The position numbers were made by a program, and so were the translations under genes. A DNA stretch of 64,000 nucleotides from a virus: IMG/VR virus record IMGVR_UViG_3300045973_001103, positions 2,413 to 66,412 of that record. One strand, 5' to 3'. Shown piece after piece: positions 17,149-27,776 of this stretch. How positions within the stretch are numbered: the first letter of the stretch is position 1; each line of letters opens with the position of its first letter. The notes beneath the pieces were generated by a model that saw only the letters and a list, made by a program, of their open reading frames with translations, was not told the origin of the DNA and did no database searches.

Positions 17149-17648
17149 TGGACCTGAACAAGATCAAGCGTTATCGAAGCTGGGACCTGCTCACTATCGC
17201 GCAGGACTACGGCTTTGATTTCAGCCCAGTCGGAGGCAAGCTGCGGGGCCTGTGCCTGTTCCATGGGGACAAGGGCAGCCCCAACATGTTCATCTACCCG
17301 GAGAGCGACACCTTCTTCTGCTTCGCATGCAAGCGGGGCTGGTCCAAGTCCCAGTTCGTGGCGTATGCCGAGAAGGTGCCCAGGAAGGTCATCGACGGGA
17401 TCTGGGACAAGGACACCGACATCAGGGAGCTGCTGGACGTACGGCTCAAACAGAGGATCGTAAACTACCGTGAACCCCTCTTGCTTTTGCTAGCCAAATT
17501 TTGCTATGATAATCGGAGCCGTAATACATTAGCTTATACAAAGAGGCTCACGGAACTGGACGTTGAAATTTCACACAAACACTTCATCGATTTCGAGACA
17601 TACTCTCGGTTCGTTAAAATCATAGAGGAGCTTAAAACACATGGATAA
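17148..17648 (+). CDS. CHC2 zinc-finger protein (stand-alone primase zinc-binding domain)
   Basis: GLCLFHGDKGSP...FFCFAC; no TOPRIM domain in this ORF. Confidence 0.85.
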   Translation: MDLNKIKRYRSWDLLTIAQDYGFDFSPVGGKLRGLCLFHGDKGSPNMFIYPESDTFFCFACKRGWSKSQFVAYAEKVPRKVIDGIWDKDTDIRELLDVRLKQRIVNYREPLLLLLAKFCYDNRSRNTLAYTKRLTELDVEISHKHFIDFETYSRFVKIIEELKTHG

Positions 17649-18135
17649 AAGACTGATGACAATGCAGGAGTACGAGGCCAACCTCGCGGTCCTGAAGACA
17701 CTGTTCGTTGACCTGGACATCACGGATCTTTCCCCGGACACGATCAACACGAAGATATGCGAGGTCGCAAACAACTTCAATAAAGCCGGCCGTTTCGCGA
17801 TCGACTCGATCAACAACCTCCACCTGGCGCGCACCATGGTGGATGCCAACAAGCTCAACAAAGAACTCACCCTCAACTCCGCCATGACCTCCGAGGCAGT
17901 ACGGGACGACGTCAAGCTGAAGTCCGCGGACATGCGTGCGGCCGCCGCCAACAACATCGCTGCCGGCTCCGCCCGGGATCTCGTCTCCGCCAGCGAGTCC
18001 AAGCTCATGGCTGAAGCATACCACCTCTCCGTGATGTACGTGCACGGCAACCTGGAGAAGTCCGTGGACGTGTTGCGCGAGAAGATCAAGCTGTTCCAGA
18101 GCATGCTGTATCTCGACCCCACCGGGCACAGATGA
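17641..18135 (+). CDS. helical hypothetical protein (possible UvsY-like recombination mediator)
   Basis: All-helical character and position between helicase/primase and RecA; function is inference. Confidence 0.55.
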   Translation: MDKRLMTMQEYEANLAVLKTLFVDLDITDLSPDTINTKICEVANNFNKAGRFAIDSINNLHLARTMVDANKLNKELTLNSAMTSEAVRDDVKLKSADMRAAAANNIAAGSARDLVSASESKLMAEAYHLSVMYVHGNLEKSVDVLREKIKLFQSMLYLDPTGHR

Positions 18136-18350
18136 CCGAACTGAATGGGGCCGAAGCGCTGTATGCCTTTATGGGCTGGCTCACCAGCCGCAACGCAGTC
18201 TCCGGCCCCTTTTCAGGAAAGCATCTCGCAACGTCAGCAGCAGATTTGGTGAACGCATTTTGCGTAGTTAACAAGCTCGAGATAAAAGACCCGAACTGGC
18301 ACCACAACATAGTTCGTCCCGACGATAGGCTGATAGGGCCCGACAGATGA
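18132..18350 (+). CDS. hypothetical protein; ends DRLIGPDR
   Basis: ATGA overlaps; carries the PDR junction motif. Confidence 0.7.
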   Translation: MTELNGAEALYAFMGWLTSRNAVSGPFSGKHLATSAADLVNAFCVVNKLEIKDPNWHHNIVRPDDRLIGPDR

Positions 18351-18706
18351 ACCAGGAGGAAGACATGTCTAATGCAACTGCTATTGGGTGGCGAACCGTC
18401 ACCGTGACCGATGTAAGGAACATGCCGATTACGCGCAATGGCGTAAAGAAGAACATGCTGAAGTTCTTCGTTGATGTGACCGAGGGCGCCCGCACCAACG
18501 CATATCAGGCCAGCCAGCTTGTAGAGCCGGTTCTTATCCCCGGCCGCGCGCTGTACCAGTGGATACGCGTATGCAAAGTATCCCTGTCCGACATCGACGA
18601 CAAGCTCAACCCCACACTCTTTGTAAACCAGCAGCTCCAGGCCAAGATAGTGGCCAACGGAGACTTCTACAACATCGTCGACATCAGGGCGATGCCAGTC
18701 AAGTAA
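18347..18706 (+). CDS. hypothetical protein (possible OB-fold ssDNA-binding)
   Basis: Beta-rich 119 aa in replication cluster; alternative start 18365 after AGGAGG. Confidence 0.55.
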   Translation: MNQEEDMSNATAIGWRTVTVTDVRNMPITRNGVKKNMLKFFVDVTEGARTNAYQASQLVEPVLIPGRALYQWIRVCKVSLSDIDDKLNPTLFVNQQLQAKIVANGDFYNIVDIRAMPVK

Positions 18707-18718
18707 TCAGGAGAACAC

Positions 18719-18910
18719 ATGAACTACTCATACATCGCTAAGAACGGGAAGACTTACTTCCTTCATGAGAAGAAGAACGAGCGCGGAGGCCAGATGCGCT
18801 GGTTCAGCTTCAAGCAGGAGGGATCTATAGAGCTCCCTGCCGGCTACGCCGTGATCGAGGGGCCCACCGGCCTTCCGTTCGCCAAGAAAACCAACACCAC
18901 AGGAGTCTAA
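18719..18910 (+). CDS. small hypothetical protein
   Basis: AGGAG SD; YSY..KNGKTYFLH...LPAGY...GLP..KK. Confidence 0.7.
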   Translation: MNYSYIAKNGKTYFLHEKKNERGGQMRWFSFKQEGSIELPAGYAVIEGPTGLPFAKKTNTTGV

Positions 18911-18912
18911 AA

Positions 18913-19149
18913 ATGAAACTACTGTTAGCCCTCATCACCATGGTCACCGGTGCGTTTATGCTCGCCGGCGGCATCATCGCCATAGCCGCAGTATCCGGCA
19001 CCTTCCTGTACTTCCTCTGGAACTATATGGCACCCGTATACTTCACGTTCCTGCCGGCCCAGTACCTCCACCTCCCGTGGTGGCACTGCGTCTGTCTGCT
19101 CTGGATCATCCAGATCCTGAACCCTTTCAAAGTCTCCGGAGGTAAATAA
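18913..19149 (+). CDS. membrane protein
   Basis: Two to three hydrophobic segments; AGGAG SD. Confidence 0.7.
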   Translation: MKLLLALITMVTGAFMLAGGIIAIAAVSGTFLYFLWNYMAPVYFTFLPAQYLHLPWWHCVCLLWIIQILNPFKVSGGK

Positions 19150-19150
19150 C

Positions 19151-20245
19151 ATGGGTAAACCCACCGACGAAGAAGAAGAGAAGAAACCTAAAGTAATCCC
19201 CACGCTGGCATCTGCCCTCGCGTCCATACAGAAGATGGGTATCGACGTGGCCGGAGCCGGCACCGACACCAAGATAGAGAATATCAAGAAGTTCCCCAGC
19301 GGCCTTCTGTGCCTCGACTACATCCTTAACGGTGGCCTGCCCTTCGGGCGCATCATCGAGATCTATGGCTGGGAGAGCTCCGGCAAGACCACAATGTGCT
19401 TGCTCATAGCCGCAGAGGTTCAGCGCAACGGCGGCCTGGTGGCCCTGGTGGACGCAGAACACGCGCACGATCCGGCCTACGCAGCTAACCTGGGCGTGGA
19501 CGTAGAGAAGATGATAACCATGCAGCCTTATGGCGGTGAGGACGCACTGCGTGCGGTAGAGAAGCTTACCTCCACCGGCAAGGTCCAGTTGATCATCATC
19601 GACTCTGTGGCGTCCCTCGTGCCCGAGTGTGAGATCGAGGCTGAAATGGGTAAGCAGTTCGTAGGTACCCAGGCCCGCATGATGTCGCAGTCCCTGCGCA
19701 AGCTGACCGCTATCGCAGCTCAGACGAAGACCACCCTTATCTTCATCAACCAGCTCCGCAACAAAGTGGGCGTAGTATACGGCAATCCCGAAACCACCCC
19801 CGGCGGCCTGGCGCTGAAGTTCTATGCGTCCCTGCGCTTCAAGGTCAACAAGAAGTCCAAGATCAAGGATAAAGCCGAGAAGGTCGTAGGTCACATCATC
19901 GAGGTGAAGGTGGACAAGAGCAAGGTCAGCGAGGCCTACCTGTCCACGGACTTCCAGCTGCTTAACGGCGGCAAGGGTCTCAACCTGGTGGCCGACGTGG
20001 TGGACGCCGCGATCGCGGCCGGCATCATCACCAAAGTGAAGACCACGTACGTCTACAAGGAAACGGAGATCTGCATCGGCTACGATAAGCTGGTGGAGAC
20101 CATAACCGCAAACCCTGATGTGTACGTCACCATCCGTAAGGATGTGACCGACGCTATAGCCGCGCTGAAGTCCATGCCGGTTAAGAGCATCCACTCGGAC
20201 ACTGAAAGCAAAGTCGAAGCTCCTGAAAAGAAGACCAAAAAATGA
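19151..20245 (+). CDS. recA: RecA recombinase
   Basis: GGLPFGRIIEIYGWESSGKTT, DAEHA, IIDSVA, QARMMSQSLRKL, FINQLR, ETTPGGLALKFYAS. Confidence 0.97.
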   Translation: MGKPTDEEEEKKPKVIPTLASALASIQKMGIDVAGAGTDTKIENIKKFPSGLLCLDYILNGGLPFGRIIEIYGWESSGKTTMCLLIAAEVQRNGGLVALVDAEHAHDPAYAANLGVDVEKMITMQPYGGEDALRAVEKLTSTGKVQLIIIDSVASLVPECEIEAEMGKQFVGTQARMMSQSLRKLTAIAAQTKTTLIFINQLRNKVGVVYGNPETTPGGLALKFYASLRFKVNKKSKIKDKAEKVVGHIIEVKVDKSKVSEAYLSTDFQLLNGGKGLNLVADVVDAAIAAGIITKVKTTYVYKETEICIGYDKLVETITANPDVYVTIRKDVTDAIAALKSMPVKSIHSDTESKVEAPEKKTKK

Positions 20246-21426
20246 AAATACTCCTGACCGCGGACTGGCATTTCGATTGCAACAACCGGCTTGAAGACTT
20301 CGTGGCGTCGACCGAAAAGATTGTGAACTACGCCATCGATCATAAGCTTAAGCACATCTTCATCGTCGGTGATATGTACCGCAACTGGAAGCCGTCCTCG
20401 GCCGAGAGAATGGCCCTCCACGCCGTGCTGGCGAAGGCTGTCTTCGCCAGCATAGACGTGACCATCGTCATGGGCAACCACGACGTAAACGACAAGGAGC
20501 AGAACTTCATTCAGCATGCGTTGAGCGAGTTCGTGGACATCGGCAGCGAGCGTATCGTCCTGGTCTACAATGAGCCCAAATCCCAGATACTGCGCGACGG
20601 GGACAAGTCCTACGTGGTGATGCTCATACCTCACCTGTGCAAGGCTTACCTCCGCCGCAAAGGCCCCAACGGCAGCACGTACAAAGAGGCCTTCCGGGAC
20701 GTGCTAAAGCGGTCGTCAGCGGCCAGCCTGGTGCTGTCCCACACTTTGGTGATGGACGGCCTGGACGGGCCCATCAACCCTAACGATGAGCGCGGGCTGA
20801 TGTTGTCCGATTTCAAGGATGTGCTCGCGGCGCCAATGTTCATGGGCGACATCCACAAGCATATGGTCCTGCAGCAGGATCCCATCGTAGCCTACATCAG
20901 CCCTCCGGAGCGCACCACGTTCAAGCACGTGGACGACCAGATGGGTTTTGTGGTCTACGACCTGGCGGAGAAGAGCTATGAGTTCGTGCCGCTCAACACC
21001 CGGAAGTTCTTCCAGATAGGGATAGACCTCAATAAGAAGGAGTTCAGCTTCCACGGAGTAGGCGAGAAGGTCAGCGCGGCCCTGGGAGACGGGGATCGCA
21101 CCGAGCTTATCGTATCTATCATAAAGGCCGCCGCGGAGGCTATGAACGACGCTGTAGTCAAGGTGGTGGTCACCGGGCATAAGCAGGACCTGAACCTGAT
21201 CAACCGGCATGCGGTGATAGAGCACCTCAAGCAGTGTAAGCCGTTCAAGATCGTCAAGGTTGCTTTTGACTCCACGGACGACACAGTTGCCCGGGACACT
21301 GCGTTCACCGGCCACATGACCGCCCAGGACGCCTTCCGGATGTGGTCAGAGAAGCAGACGTATGCGGACAAGGAGCTTGGTGTGGCCATATTCGACGCGG
21401 GCATGGAGATCTTAAATGAAGCTTGA
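20242..21426 (+). CDS. sbcD: SbcD/Mre11-like nuclease
   Basis: ADWH, VGD, GNHD, SH, GDIH phosphoesterase motifs; adjacent SbcC. Confidence 0.9.
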   Translation: MKILLTADWHFDCNNRLEDFVASTEKIVNYAIDHKLKHIFIVGDMYRNWKPSSAERMALHAVLAKAVFASIDVTIVMGNHDVNDKEQNFIQHALSEFVDIGSERIVLVYNEPKSQILRDGDKSYVVMLIPHLCKAYLRRKGPNGSTYKEAFRDVLKRSSAASLVLSHTLVMDGLDGPINPNDERGLMLSDFKDVLAAPMFMGDIHKHMVLQQDPIVAYISPPERTTFKHVDDQMGFVVYDLAEKSYEFVPLNTRKFFQIGIDLNKKEFSFHGVGEKVSAALGDGDRTELIVSIIKAAAEAMNDAVVKVVVTGHKQDLNLINRHAVIEHLKQCKPFKIVKVAFDSTDDTVARDTAFTGHMTAQDAFRMWSEKQTYADKELGVAIFDAGMEILNEA

Positions 21427-23605
21427 ACGTCTGAAACTTGAGAATTTCATGGGATGGGTGGAGCTCGACATAGATCTGTCGAAATACTCCGGCGTGTTGG
21501 CCGTAATGGGCTGCATAGAATCCGACTTGGCCCACAGCAATGGTACCGGCAAGTCCAGCCTCATCACAGGCATCAACTACAGCCTGTATGGCTCCGCCGT
21601 AGGTAAAAACCTGGACGGAATGATCCACCAGGAGTGCGGCGTGCCGGTGGATTCAGGGTACAAGACCACCCTGACATTCAGCCATAAAGACGCCAAATAC
21701 GAGATAATCCGTCGTAAAAAGACCGGATCAGCCCAGAAAACCACCTTTAAGGACATCACCAACGACAAGCCAATGACTCTGACCCCCGAGGAGTTCCTGT
21801 GCATGCCGGAAGTGGTCTGGCAGAACACCGTGTACTCCGCACAGGGTAACCTGTCCGCTTTTGTGGACAAGCTCCCTTCAGCGCGCAAGGACATCCTCAC
21901 CGAGATCTTCGGGATGAACAACTACCTGGACCTGGAGACCAAAGCCCGGCAGCTGGCGGCCAAGTCCGAAACCGACATGGGCAACATCACCCATGCTGTA
22001 GCCCGCGCCCAGGCAGACCTCGAGTCATTGCCCGGCACCCAGGCAGATGTGGATAACGCGGACGCAGAGATCGTCAAGGCAGAGGCCGCCGAGGCTGAAC
22101 TATCCAAGCAGATAACCGAAGCCGCGGTGCTCATCGCCTCCTTGACCGAGAAGACCGCGGACGCCGACCGTATTGACAAAGAGATCCGGGAAGCAGACCA
22201 TGCCGCGCAGATCCTGGAGCTGCGGCATTTCGAAAGCAAGAACCGGTACGAGCGGGAACTCAATACTATTGACCAGAACATAGCTGGTCTTGAGGACACA
22301 ATAGACACTCCCCCCGACCCTGCGGTTATGTCCGGCATCGAAGCACAGATAGCGATCGCGGAGTCCACCAGGCCGGCTCTGGAGGGCAAGCGCGCGGAGC
22401 ACCAGGCCATTGACCGGGAGATCGTCCAGGCCAACAGCCAGCAGCGCCAGTACATCGGTGAGGCTACAGCTCTCAACAAGAAGTTAGCCAATATCCCGTC
22501 GGGGAAGTGCCCGCTGTGCGGAGTCACAATGACCGAGGAACACCTTAATGAGTACAGGGACGGTCTGACCACTGAAATAAGCAACCTGGATCAGGCAGTA
22601 AAAGAGCAGAGTGAGATAGTTTACAAATTAAGTATAAATCTCCAAAATATAGGGGAGGAGATAGCAAAGCTGTCCGCTATCGTGAACAGCGTGTCCTCTC
22701 TGTCGCGTGACCTCATAGTAGAGCGGGAGAAAAAAGATTCTCACGAGTACGCGGTGAAGAAGTTACAGACCCTGATGGAACAGAAAGAGAAAGTGTCGAC
22801 CGAGTACCTCGCTGTCATCAATGACATGGTAGCCGCAGTTGCGGCGGCCAAGGAGATGGTGGCCCTTAAAAGGAAAAGCATGCCCGTGGTGGACGAAATT
22901 GCTGAACAGAAAGTTGAGCTGTCCAAGCTCCACGACACACTCATAGACCAGCGCCGGTCAGCGCACGCCACACTTGGGACCTACCAGAACGCCCGCAGCC
23001 GTGCAACGTACAACCTCGAACAGAAAGATAAGATCCAGCAGAACCTGGCGCAGCTGGAGCAGGAGCTGAAGGATCTCACACGCAAGCATAACGTCAACAC
23101 TGAACTGGTGAAAGCCTTCGGCCCCACAGGCATCCCCACACTTATCCTGGAGAATTACCTGTCGGAGCTTCAGCAGTACCTCGACCATTACATGGGCATA
23201 CTGTCCGACGGTAAAATCCATGTCACCTTCCAGACGGTCAAAACGAATACGACCACAGCGAAGACCTCGGAAACCTTGAATATCATGGTGTCCGACATCA
23301 ATGGGGAGCGTGATATCGCTCTCTACTCCGGCGGGGAAACCGTACGGATTTATCTGGCGATACGTCTCGCGCTGGCCAAGCTGCTCTACCTCAAATCCGG
23401 CCATAAACTGGGCCTGATGATTATTGATGAGCTCGCATACTTGGACGACGCTGGGCTTATGGCCTTTGTAGACTTACTCAAACGAATTGAACCCGAGTTC
23501 GAACAGATCCTGCTGGTGTCACACCTCCCGGAACTGAAGAACGCCTTCGAGAACGCGCTGGTACTTTCACGCGACATCGAAGGTAAGTACGTTCCCCAGG
23601 CGTGA
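21416..23605 (+). CDS. sbcC: SbcC/Rad50-like SMC ATPase
   Basis: NGTGKSS, coiled coil with CPLC zinc hook, YSGGE, IIDE. Confidence 0.93.
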   Translation: MKLERLKLENFMGWVELDIDLSKYSGVLAVMGCIESDLAHSNGTGKSSLITGINYSLYGSAVGKNLDGMIHQECGVPVDSGYKTTLTFSHKDAKYEIIRRKKTGSAQKTTFKDITNDKPMTLTPEEFLCMPEVVWQNTVYSAQGNLSAFVDKLPSARKDILTEIFGMNNYLDLETKARQLAAKSETDMGNITHAVARAQADLESLPGTQADVDNADAEIVKAEAAEAELSKQITEAAVLIASLTEKTADADRIDKEIREADHAAQILELRHFESKNRYERELNTIDQNIAGLEDTIDTPPDPAVMSGIEAQIAIAESTRPALEGKRAEHQAIDREIVQANSQQRQYIGEATALNKKLANIPSGKCPLCGVTMTEEHLNEYRDGLTTEISNLDQAVKEQSEIVYKLSINLQNIGEEIAKLSAIVNSVSSLSRDLIVEREKKDSHEYAVKKLQTLMEQKEKVSTEYLAVINDMVAAVAAAKEMVALKRKSMPVVDEIAEQKVELSKLHDTLIDQRRSAHATLGTYQNARSRATYNLEQKDKIQQNLAQLEQELKDLTRKHNVNTELVKAFGPTGIPTLILENYLSELQQYLDHYMGILSDGKIHVTFQTVKTNTTTAKTSETLNIMVSDINGERDIALYSGGETVRIYLAIRLALAKLLYLKSGHKLGLMIIDELAYLDDAGLMAFVDLLKRIEPEFEQILLVSHLPELKNAFENALVLSRDIEGKYVPQA

Positions 23606-23635
23606 TACCGTATCTGTAGGTACGGGAGATTTTTC

Positions 23636-24502
23636 ATGCTCATTAAAGACTTCGACTTCGGCGTAGATATTACCGGTCCACTGATGAATCTGTACTGCAT
23701 TGGGGACCTTCACATCGGATCGCCAGCGTTCATGCAGCGCAGCTTCGATGCCCTGGCTGACATCGTCAGGCACGACAAGTACGCATACTTCATCTGCCCG
23801 GGGGACGTCACAGACGACGATCGCCCTACTACCCGGCTCCTGCGCCGGGCCATGTTCAACGACCGCATGGAGGCCATGGAGCAGGAAGACCTGCAGCACC
23901 TCGGTTGGATGGACAGGTTCGTCATCCCAAAGCTCAACAAGCTGATAAAGCCCGCCCGCTGCCTGGGCTTCCTGGACGGTGACCACTACCGGGTGTACGC
24001 CAATGGGTTGAGCTCTGTCCAGTACCTGTGCGCCAAGAACAAAGTTCCGTACCTCGGCGCCGGCCAGGCCCTGCTGCGGCTTAACTTCAAGTACAAGACC
24101 TCCGGGGTGTCCACAGTGAAGATGCACATACATCATGGCAAAGGCTCCGGCGTGACCGAGGCCAGCGACATCAACGAGCTCCAGAAGGTTTCGTACCAGT
24201 GGCGCGCTGTAGACGTCTTTATCCGCGGGCACAGCCACAAGCCCAAATTCATACCGTTCTCCCGTTACTATGACACCAAGGAAAGACCTCCGGAAGTTCG
24301 CACAAAGGAAGGCTTCCTGATCAACGCTGGGTCGTTCCGCACCGGTATCCTCATGAACAAGGTTGACTACGCGGAACGTGAAGTGTATCCGCCCACGAGC
24401 ACCCGCTGCCCTATCCTGCACATGGCAGGCAGGAAGACCGCAGCGTCGAACAGCTCGTTCTTCGTGGAGATGTCCGCGTCGCTTACCCCGCAGCTAGGAT
24501 AA
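23636..24502 (+). CDS. calcineurin-like metallophosphoesterase
   Basis: GDLHIG, PGDVTD, DGDH, HHG, GHSH. Confidence 0.85.
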   Translation: MLIKDFDFGVDITGPLMNLYCIGDLHIGSPAFMQRSFDALADIVRHDKYAYFICPGDVTDDDRPTTRLLRRAMFNDRMEAMEQEDLQHLGWMDRFVIPKLNKLIKPARCLGFLDGDHYRVYANGLSSVQYLCAKNKVPYLGAGQALLRLNFKYKTSGVSTVKMHIHHGKGSGVTEASDINELQKVSYQWRAVDVFIRGHSHKPKFIPFSRYYDTKERPPEVRTKEGFLINAGSFRTGILMNKVDYAEREVYPPTSTRCPILHMAGRKTAASNSSFFVEMSASLTPQLG

Positions 24503-24503
24503 C

Positions 24504-24764
24504 ATGCGCATTGTTCAATTCCGCCGGCACCTGGATGGTTATGCTGTTCGCGTTACAGACGCACGCGACATTGCTATGCTCCAGCGCCGGCGGGGTTTTA
24601 TCCCACTGATGGTGGTGAAGCAGGTGTTGCTAATCGGGCGCCGGAAATGCTACAATACCATCAGCGCCGAGTTCCTGTTCCGCGGCATAAACGACACAAC
24701 CCTGACCGCTTGGAAAGAGCAAGTCTGGGGAATCCTGAAGTACCGAAAGTACAAGGTGAAATGA
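24504..24764 (+). CDS. hypothetical protein
   Basis: 86 aa filling the intergenic gap exactly. Confidence 0.55.
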   Translation: MRIVQFRRHLDGYAVRVTDARDIAMLQRRRGFIPLMVVKQVLLIGRRKCYNTISAEFLFRGINDTTLTAWKEQVWGILKYRKYKVK

Positions 24765-24765
24765 A

Positions 24766-25350
24766 ATGAAAACGGTATTCCTCGACATGGACGGAGTTCT
24801 TGTAGACTTCGTTGGCGGGCTTCATCGCGCGTTAGGCCTGTACTATAACCAGGAGCTATACCCCTACAAAGCAGGCTGCTACGACATGTTCCCAGCTGCT
24901 GTGGCCGCCAGTCGCGGCCGGCACACCATGGACTCCCTTCACCGGGCCTGCTACTCTGCTCCGTTTTGGGCGAGGATGAAGTGGGACCGCCGCGGCCGTG
25001 AGATCCTGGGCATATGCGAGGCGTGCTCCACAGATGTGTACCTGGCCTCCTATCCGATGGATCACCCTGAAGCCTGGGCAGGGAAGCTGTGGTGGATCAA
25101 CGAGAACATGCCGGCGTACAAGACGCGCGTTATGCTCATGACGGTCCACAAGCAGATCCTGGCCCGCCCGAACACCATCCTCATCGACGACCGGGATGAT
25201 AACGTGGACAAATTTATAGCTGCCGGCGGAGAGGCTTACCTTATCCCGCAGCCCTGGAACTCCAAGTACGAAATCTTCGACTCCGAAACTGACTGGATGC
25301 CTGACTTTGACCTGTGGATGAAGACCGCATGCAAAACGACCTTGAGCTGA
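24766..25350 (+). CDS. 5'(3')-deoxyribonucleotidase-like HAD phosphatase
   Basis: FLDMDGVLVDF, AWAGKLWW, LIDDRDDN. Confidence 0.85.
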   Translation: MKTVFLDMDGVLVDFVGGLHRALGLYYNQELYPYKAGCYDMFPAAVAASRGRHTMDSLHRACYSAPFWARMKWDRRGREILGICEACSTDVYLASYPMDHPEAWAGKLWWINENMPAYKTRVMLMTVHKQILARPNTILIDDRDDNVDKFIAAGGEAYLIPQPWNSKYEIFDSETDWMPDFDLWMKTACKTTLS

Positions 25351-27776
25351 ACCTACCATTAGTTTTCGACTACGCAATCACTCGCGAGACCGACAAGGCC
25401 AAGATCGCGAGCATTGTGCCGTGTGACTGCAACCGCTGCCCACGCTACGCCGTGCGCAAGAAGATAGTCACTGGTGAGGGCAGCTACGAGCCCACCATGA
25501 TGTGGATAGGGCCCCAGCCGGAAGAGACTGACGATATGTTCGGCCGCCCCTACCTGGGCGACCGCGGCGTGCTGATAAACCGGATCTTAAAGAAGGCCGA
25601 GATGGATCGGCGCGATGTCTACATCACCTACCTGGTGAAGTGCTTCGGCGGCCCCAAACTCAAGAAGCCTAAAGTCAAGGACGCCAAGGCCTGCTTCGAG
25701 TACCTCCAGAAAGAGATACGCTCTGTGGCCCCAAAACTGGTCATCCTTGAGGGTCCCGACGTGCTCAAGCTGTTCCTTGGGGACCGCAAGGCCAACCTCC
25801 AGCTCCTCCAGGGCGGCCTCATCAATTTGGAACAGTATCCCGGCATTGTTTTCATGCCCATCGTCAACATTGACTCGATCTTCGTGGACGCCAACCATGA
25901 GACCCAGATCGTGCGCAACATCAAGCGCGGACACAAAGCTGCGGTGCACGGCGTGGCTCCTAAAATACCTACCGATTACGTCTTTCTGGAGACTGAAGAT
26001 AAGCTGGACACCTTCATAGAGATGGTCAAAGGGTATGAGCACTTCGCCCTCGACATTGAGACGGACGGCGGCAAAGATTTCATGCACACGAAGACGGTCT
26101 GCTGGGCTGTAAGCTGGGCGCCAGGTAAAGCCGCATACTTCCCGTGGCTCGACGACGGCAATACCAACCATTGGCCCGAGGAGCGCCGGAAGCCGCTTAT
26201 TGATAAGTGGAACAAGTTCCTCGAAAACAAGAAATTACTCCTCCACAATGGGAAGTACGACCTCAAGATTTTACGCTATGAGCTTGGGATAACTTCAGGC
26301 CTGTATTACCTCGACACGCTCATTTCCTCCAACATCATCGATGAGACCCAGATGTCCAAAAAGCTCAAGAATCTGGCCTGGGTGTACACCGACATGGGCG
26401 GTTACGACGACGCGCTCGAGAAGGTGAAGCAGCGCCTGGGCGTCACCCACGATTACTCTAAGATCCCGCGCGAGATCCTCAAATATTACGTCTGCGGCGA
26501 CGTGGATTGTACCTTCCGCATCTTCAACACGCAGACTCCTATGATCAAGGAGCAGCGCCTGGAGTTCCTGCTGTACGGCCTCTACATGCCGGTCAACAAT
26601 ATCTTCATGGAACTGGAGTATAATGGCGTTTACGCCGACCGCGAGCACCTGATGCGGACCCAGAAGAAGTTTGAGGAGCGGATAGCCGGCCTGACGATAC
26701 AGATCCATGCCTCCGTCGGCAAGGTGTTCGACATCACTGCCAACGAGCAGCTGGCTGATGTCCTGTTTAACGTCCTGAAGCTGCCAGTTATCCGCCTGAC
26801 AGACACGATGGAGTCTACTGACAAGGATACGCTGAAGAAGCTGAAGGGCAAGCACCCTGTGATAGAGATGCTGCTCGAGTACCGCTCGATATCCACGCTG
26901 CTGAACACCTTCGTTATCCCGCTTCTGCGCCTTTCCGAGGCGGACAACAGGGTGCACACCGACTACAAGGTGGGCGTACAGAACACCAGCCGCACCGCGT
27001 CGGCCCGGCCCAACCTGCAGAACCTCCCACGCGAGAACAAGGACATCAAACGGGCCTTTACCGCACGCCCAGGCTACATCTACTACGAGTTCGACTTCTC
27101 CCAGATTGAGATCCGCGTGCTGGCACACCTGTCTCAGGACAAGAAGCTGCTGGCTGACCTCAATTCAGGCATCGACATTCACCGCGTCATGGCCTCGACG
27201 GTGTACGGCATAGCTCCAGACAAGGTCACCAAGGACCAGCGCTCCAACTCCAAGAGCGTTTCCTTCGGTATCATCTACGGTATGAGCTGGAAGACGCTCG
27301 CCGAGGACAAGGGCATGAGCAAGATCGACGCCAAACGCCTGTATGACAACTTCTTCACCGGCTACCCCGGGGTCGCCAGGTGGATTGAGGACGTCAAAGA
27401 ATACGCACGCCAGTTTAAGTGCGTCTACACGCCCCTGGGCCGCATCCGGCACCTGGATGGCATAGACCATCCGATCAACTCGATCGCCTCCGGGTGTGCC
27501 CGTTGTGCTGTAAATAGCCCTATCCAGTCGCACGGCGCCGACATCACCAACTTGGCGCTCATCAACATGATACAGACCTTCCCTCCGGACGTGAACGATT
27601 ACACCTTCTGCTTCCAGATTCACGACGCCGTGGTGCTGGAGATGTCCGAGAAGAACCACCTGGAGCTGTGGCCCAAGATTAAGACCCTCCTGGAGACCAC
27701 GGAACCTCTCTGCGTGCCCACCCCGGTAGGTATCAAGCGTGGCCCGAACCTTGGTGACATGGAGGAACTCGCTTGA
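25314..27776 (+). CDS. polA: family A DNA polymerase with N-terminal UDG-like domain and 3'-5' exonuclease
   Basis: UDG-like CDCNRC...VKC; exonuclease DIET, HNGKYD, YVCGD; polymerase DFSQIEIR, KSVSFGIIYG, IHDA. Confidence 0.93.
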   Translation: MDEDRMQNDLELNLPLVFDYAITRETDKAKIASIVPCDCNRCPRYAVRKKIVTGEGSYEPTMMWIGPQPEETDDMFGRPYLGDRGVLINRILKKAEMDRRDVYITYLVKCFGGPKLKKPKVKDAKACFEYLQKEIRSVAPKLVILEGPDVLKLFLGDRKANLQLLQGGLINLEQYPGIVFMPIVNIDSIFVDANHETQIVRNIKRGHKAAVHGVAPKIPTDYVFLETEDKLDTFIEMVKGYEHFALDIETDGGKDFMHTKTVCWAVSWAPGKAAYFPWLDDGNTNHWPEERRKPLIDKWNKFLENKKLLLHNGKYDLKILRYELGITSGLYYLDTLISSNIIDETQMSKKLKNLAWVYTDMGGYDDALEKVKQRLGVTHDYSKIPREILKYYVCGDVDCTFRIFNTQTPMIKEQRLEFLLYGLYMPVNNIFMELEYNGVYADREHLMRTQKKFEERIAGLTIQIHASVGKVFDITANEQLADVLFNVLKLPVIRLTDTMESTDKDTLKKLKGKHPVIEMLLEYRSISTLLNTFVIPLLRLSEADNRVHTDYKVGVQNTSRTASARPNLQNLPRENKDIKRAFTARPGYIYYEFDFSQIEIRVLAHLSQDKKLLADLNSGIDIHRVMASTVYGIAPDKVTKDQRSNSKSVSFGIIYGMSWKTLAEDKGMSKIDAKRLYDNFFTGYPGVARWIEDVKEYARQFKCVYTPLGRIRHLDGIDHPINSIASGCARCAVNSPIQSHGADITNLALINMIQTFPPDVNDYTFCFQIHDAVVLEMSEKNHLELWPKIKTLLETTEPLCVPTPVGIKRGPNLGDMEELA

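Noticed and set aside
17481-17510. Internal sigma70 promoter TTGCTT-18-TATGAT
   Set aside because: Within a CDS and only a partial consensus match; not supportable without TSS data.
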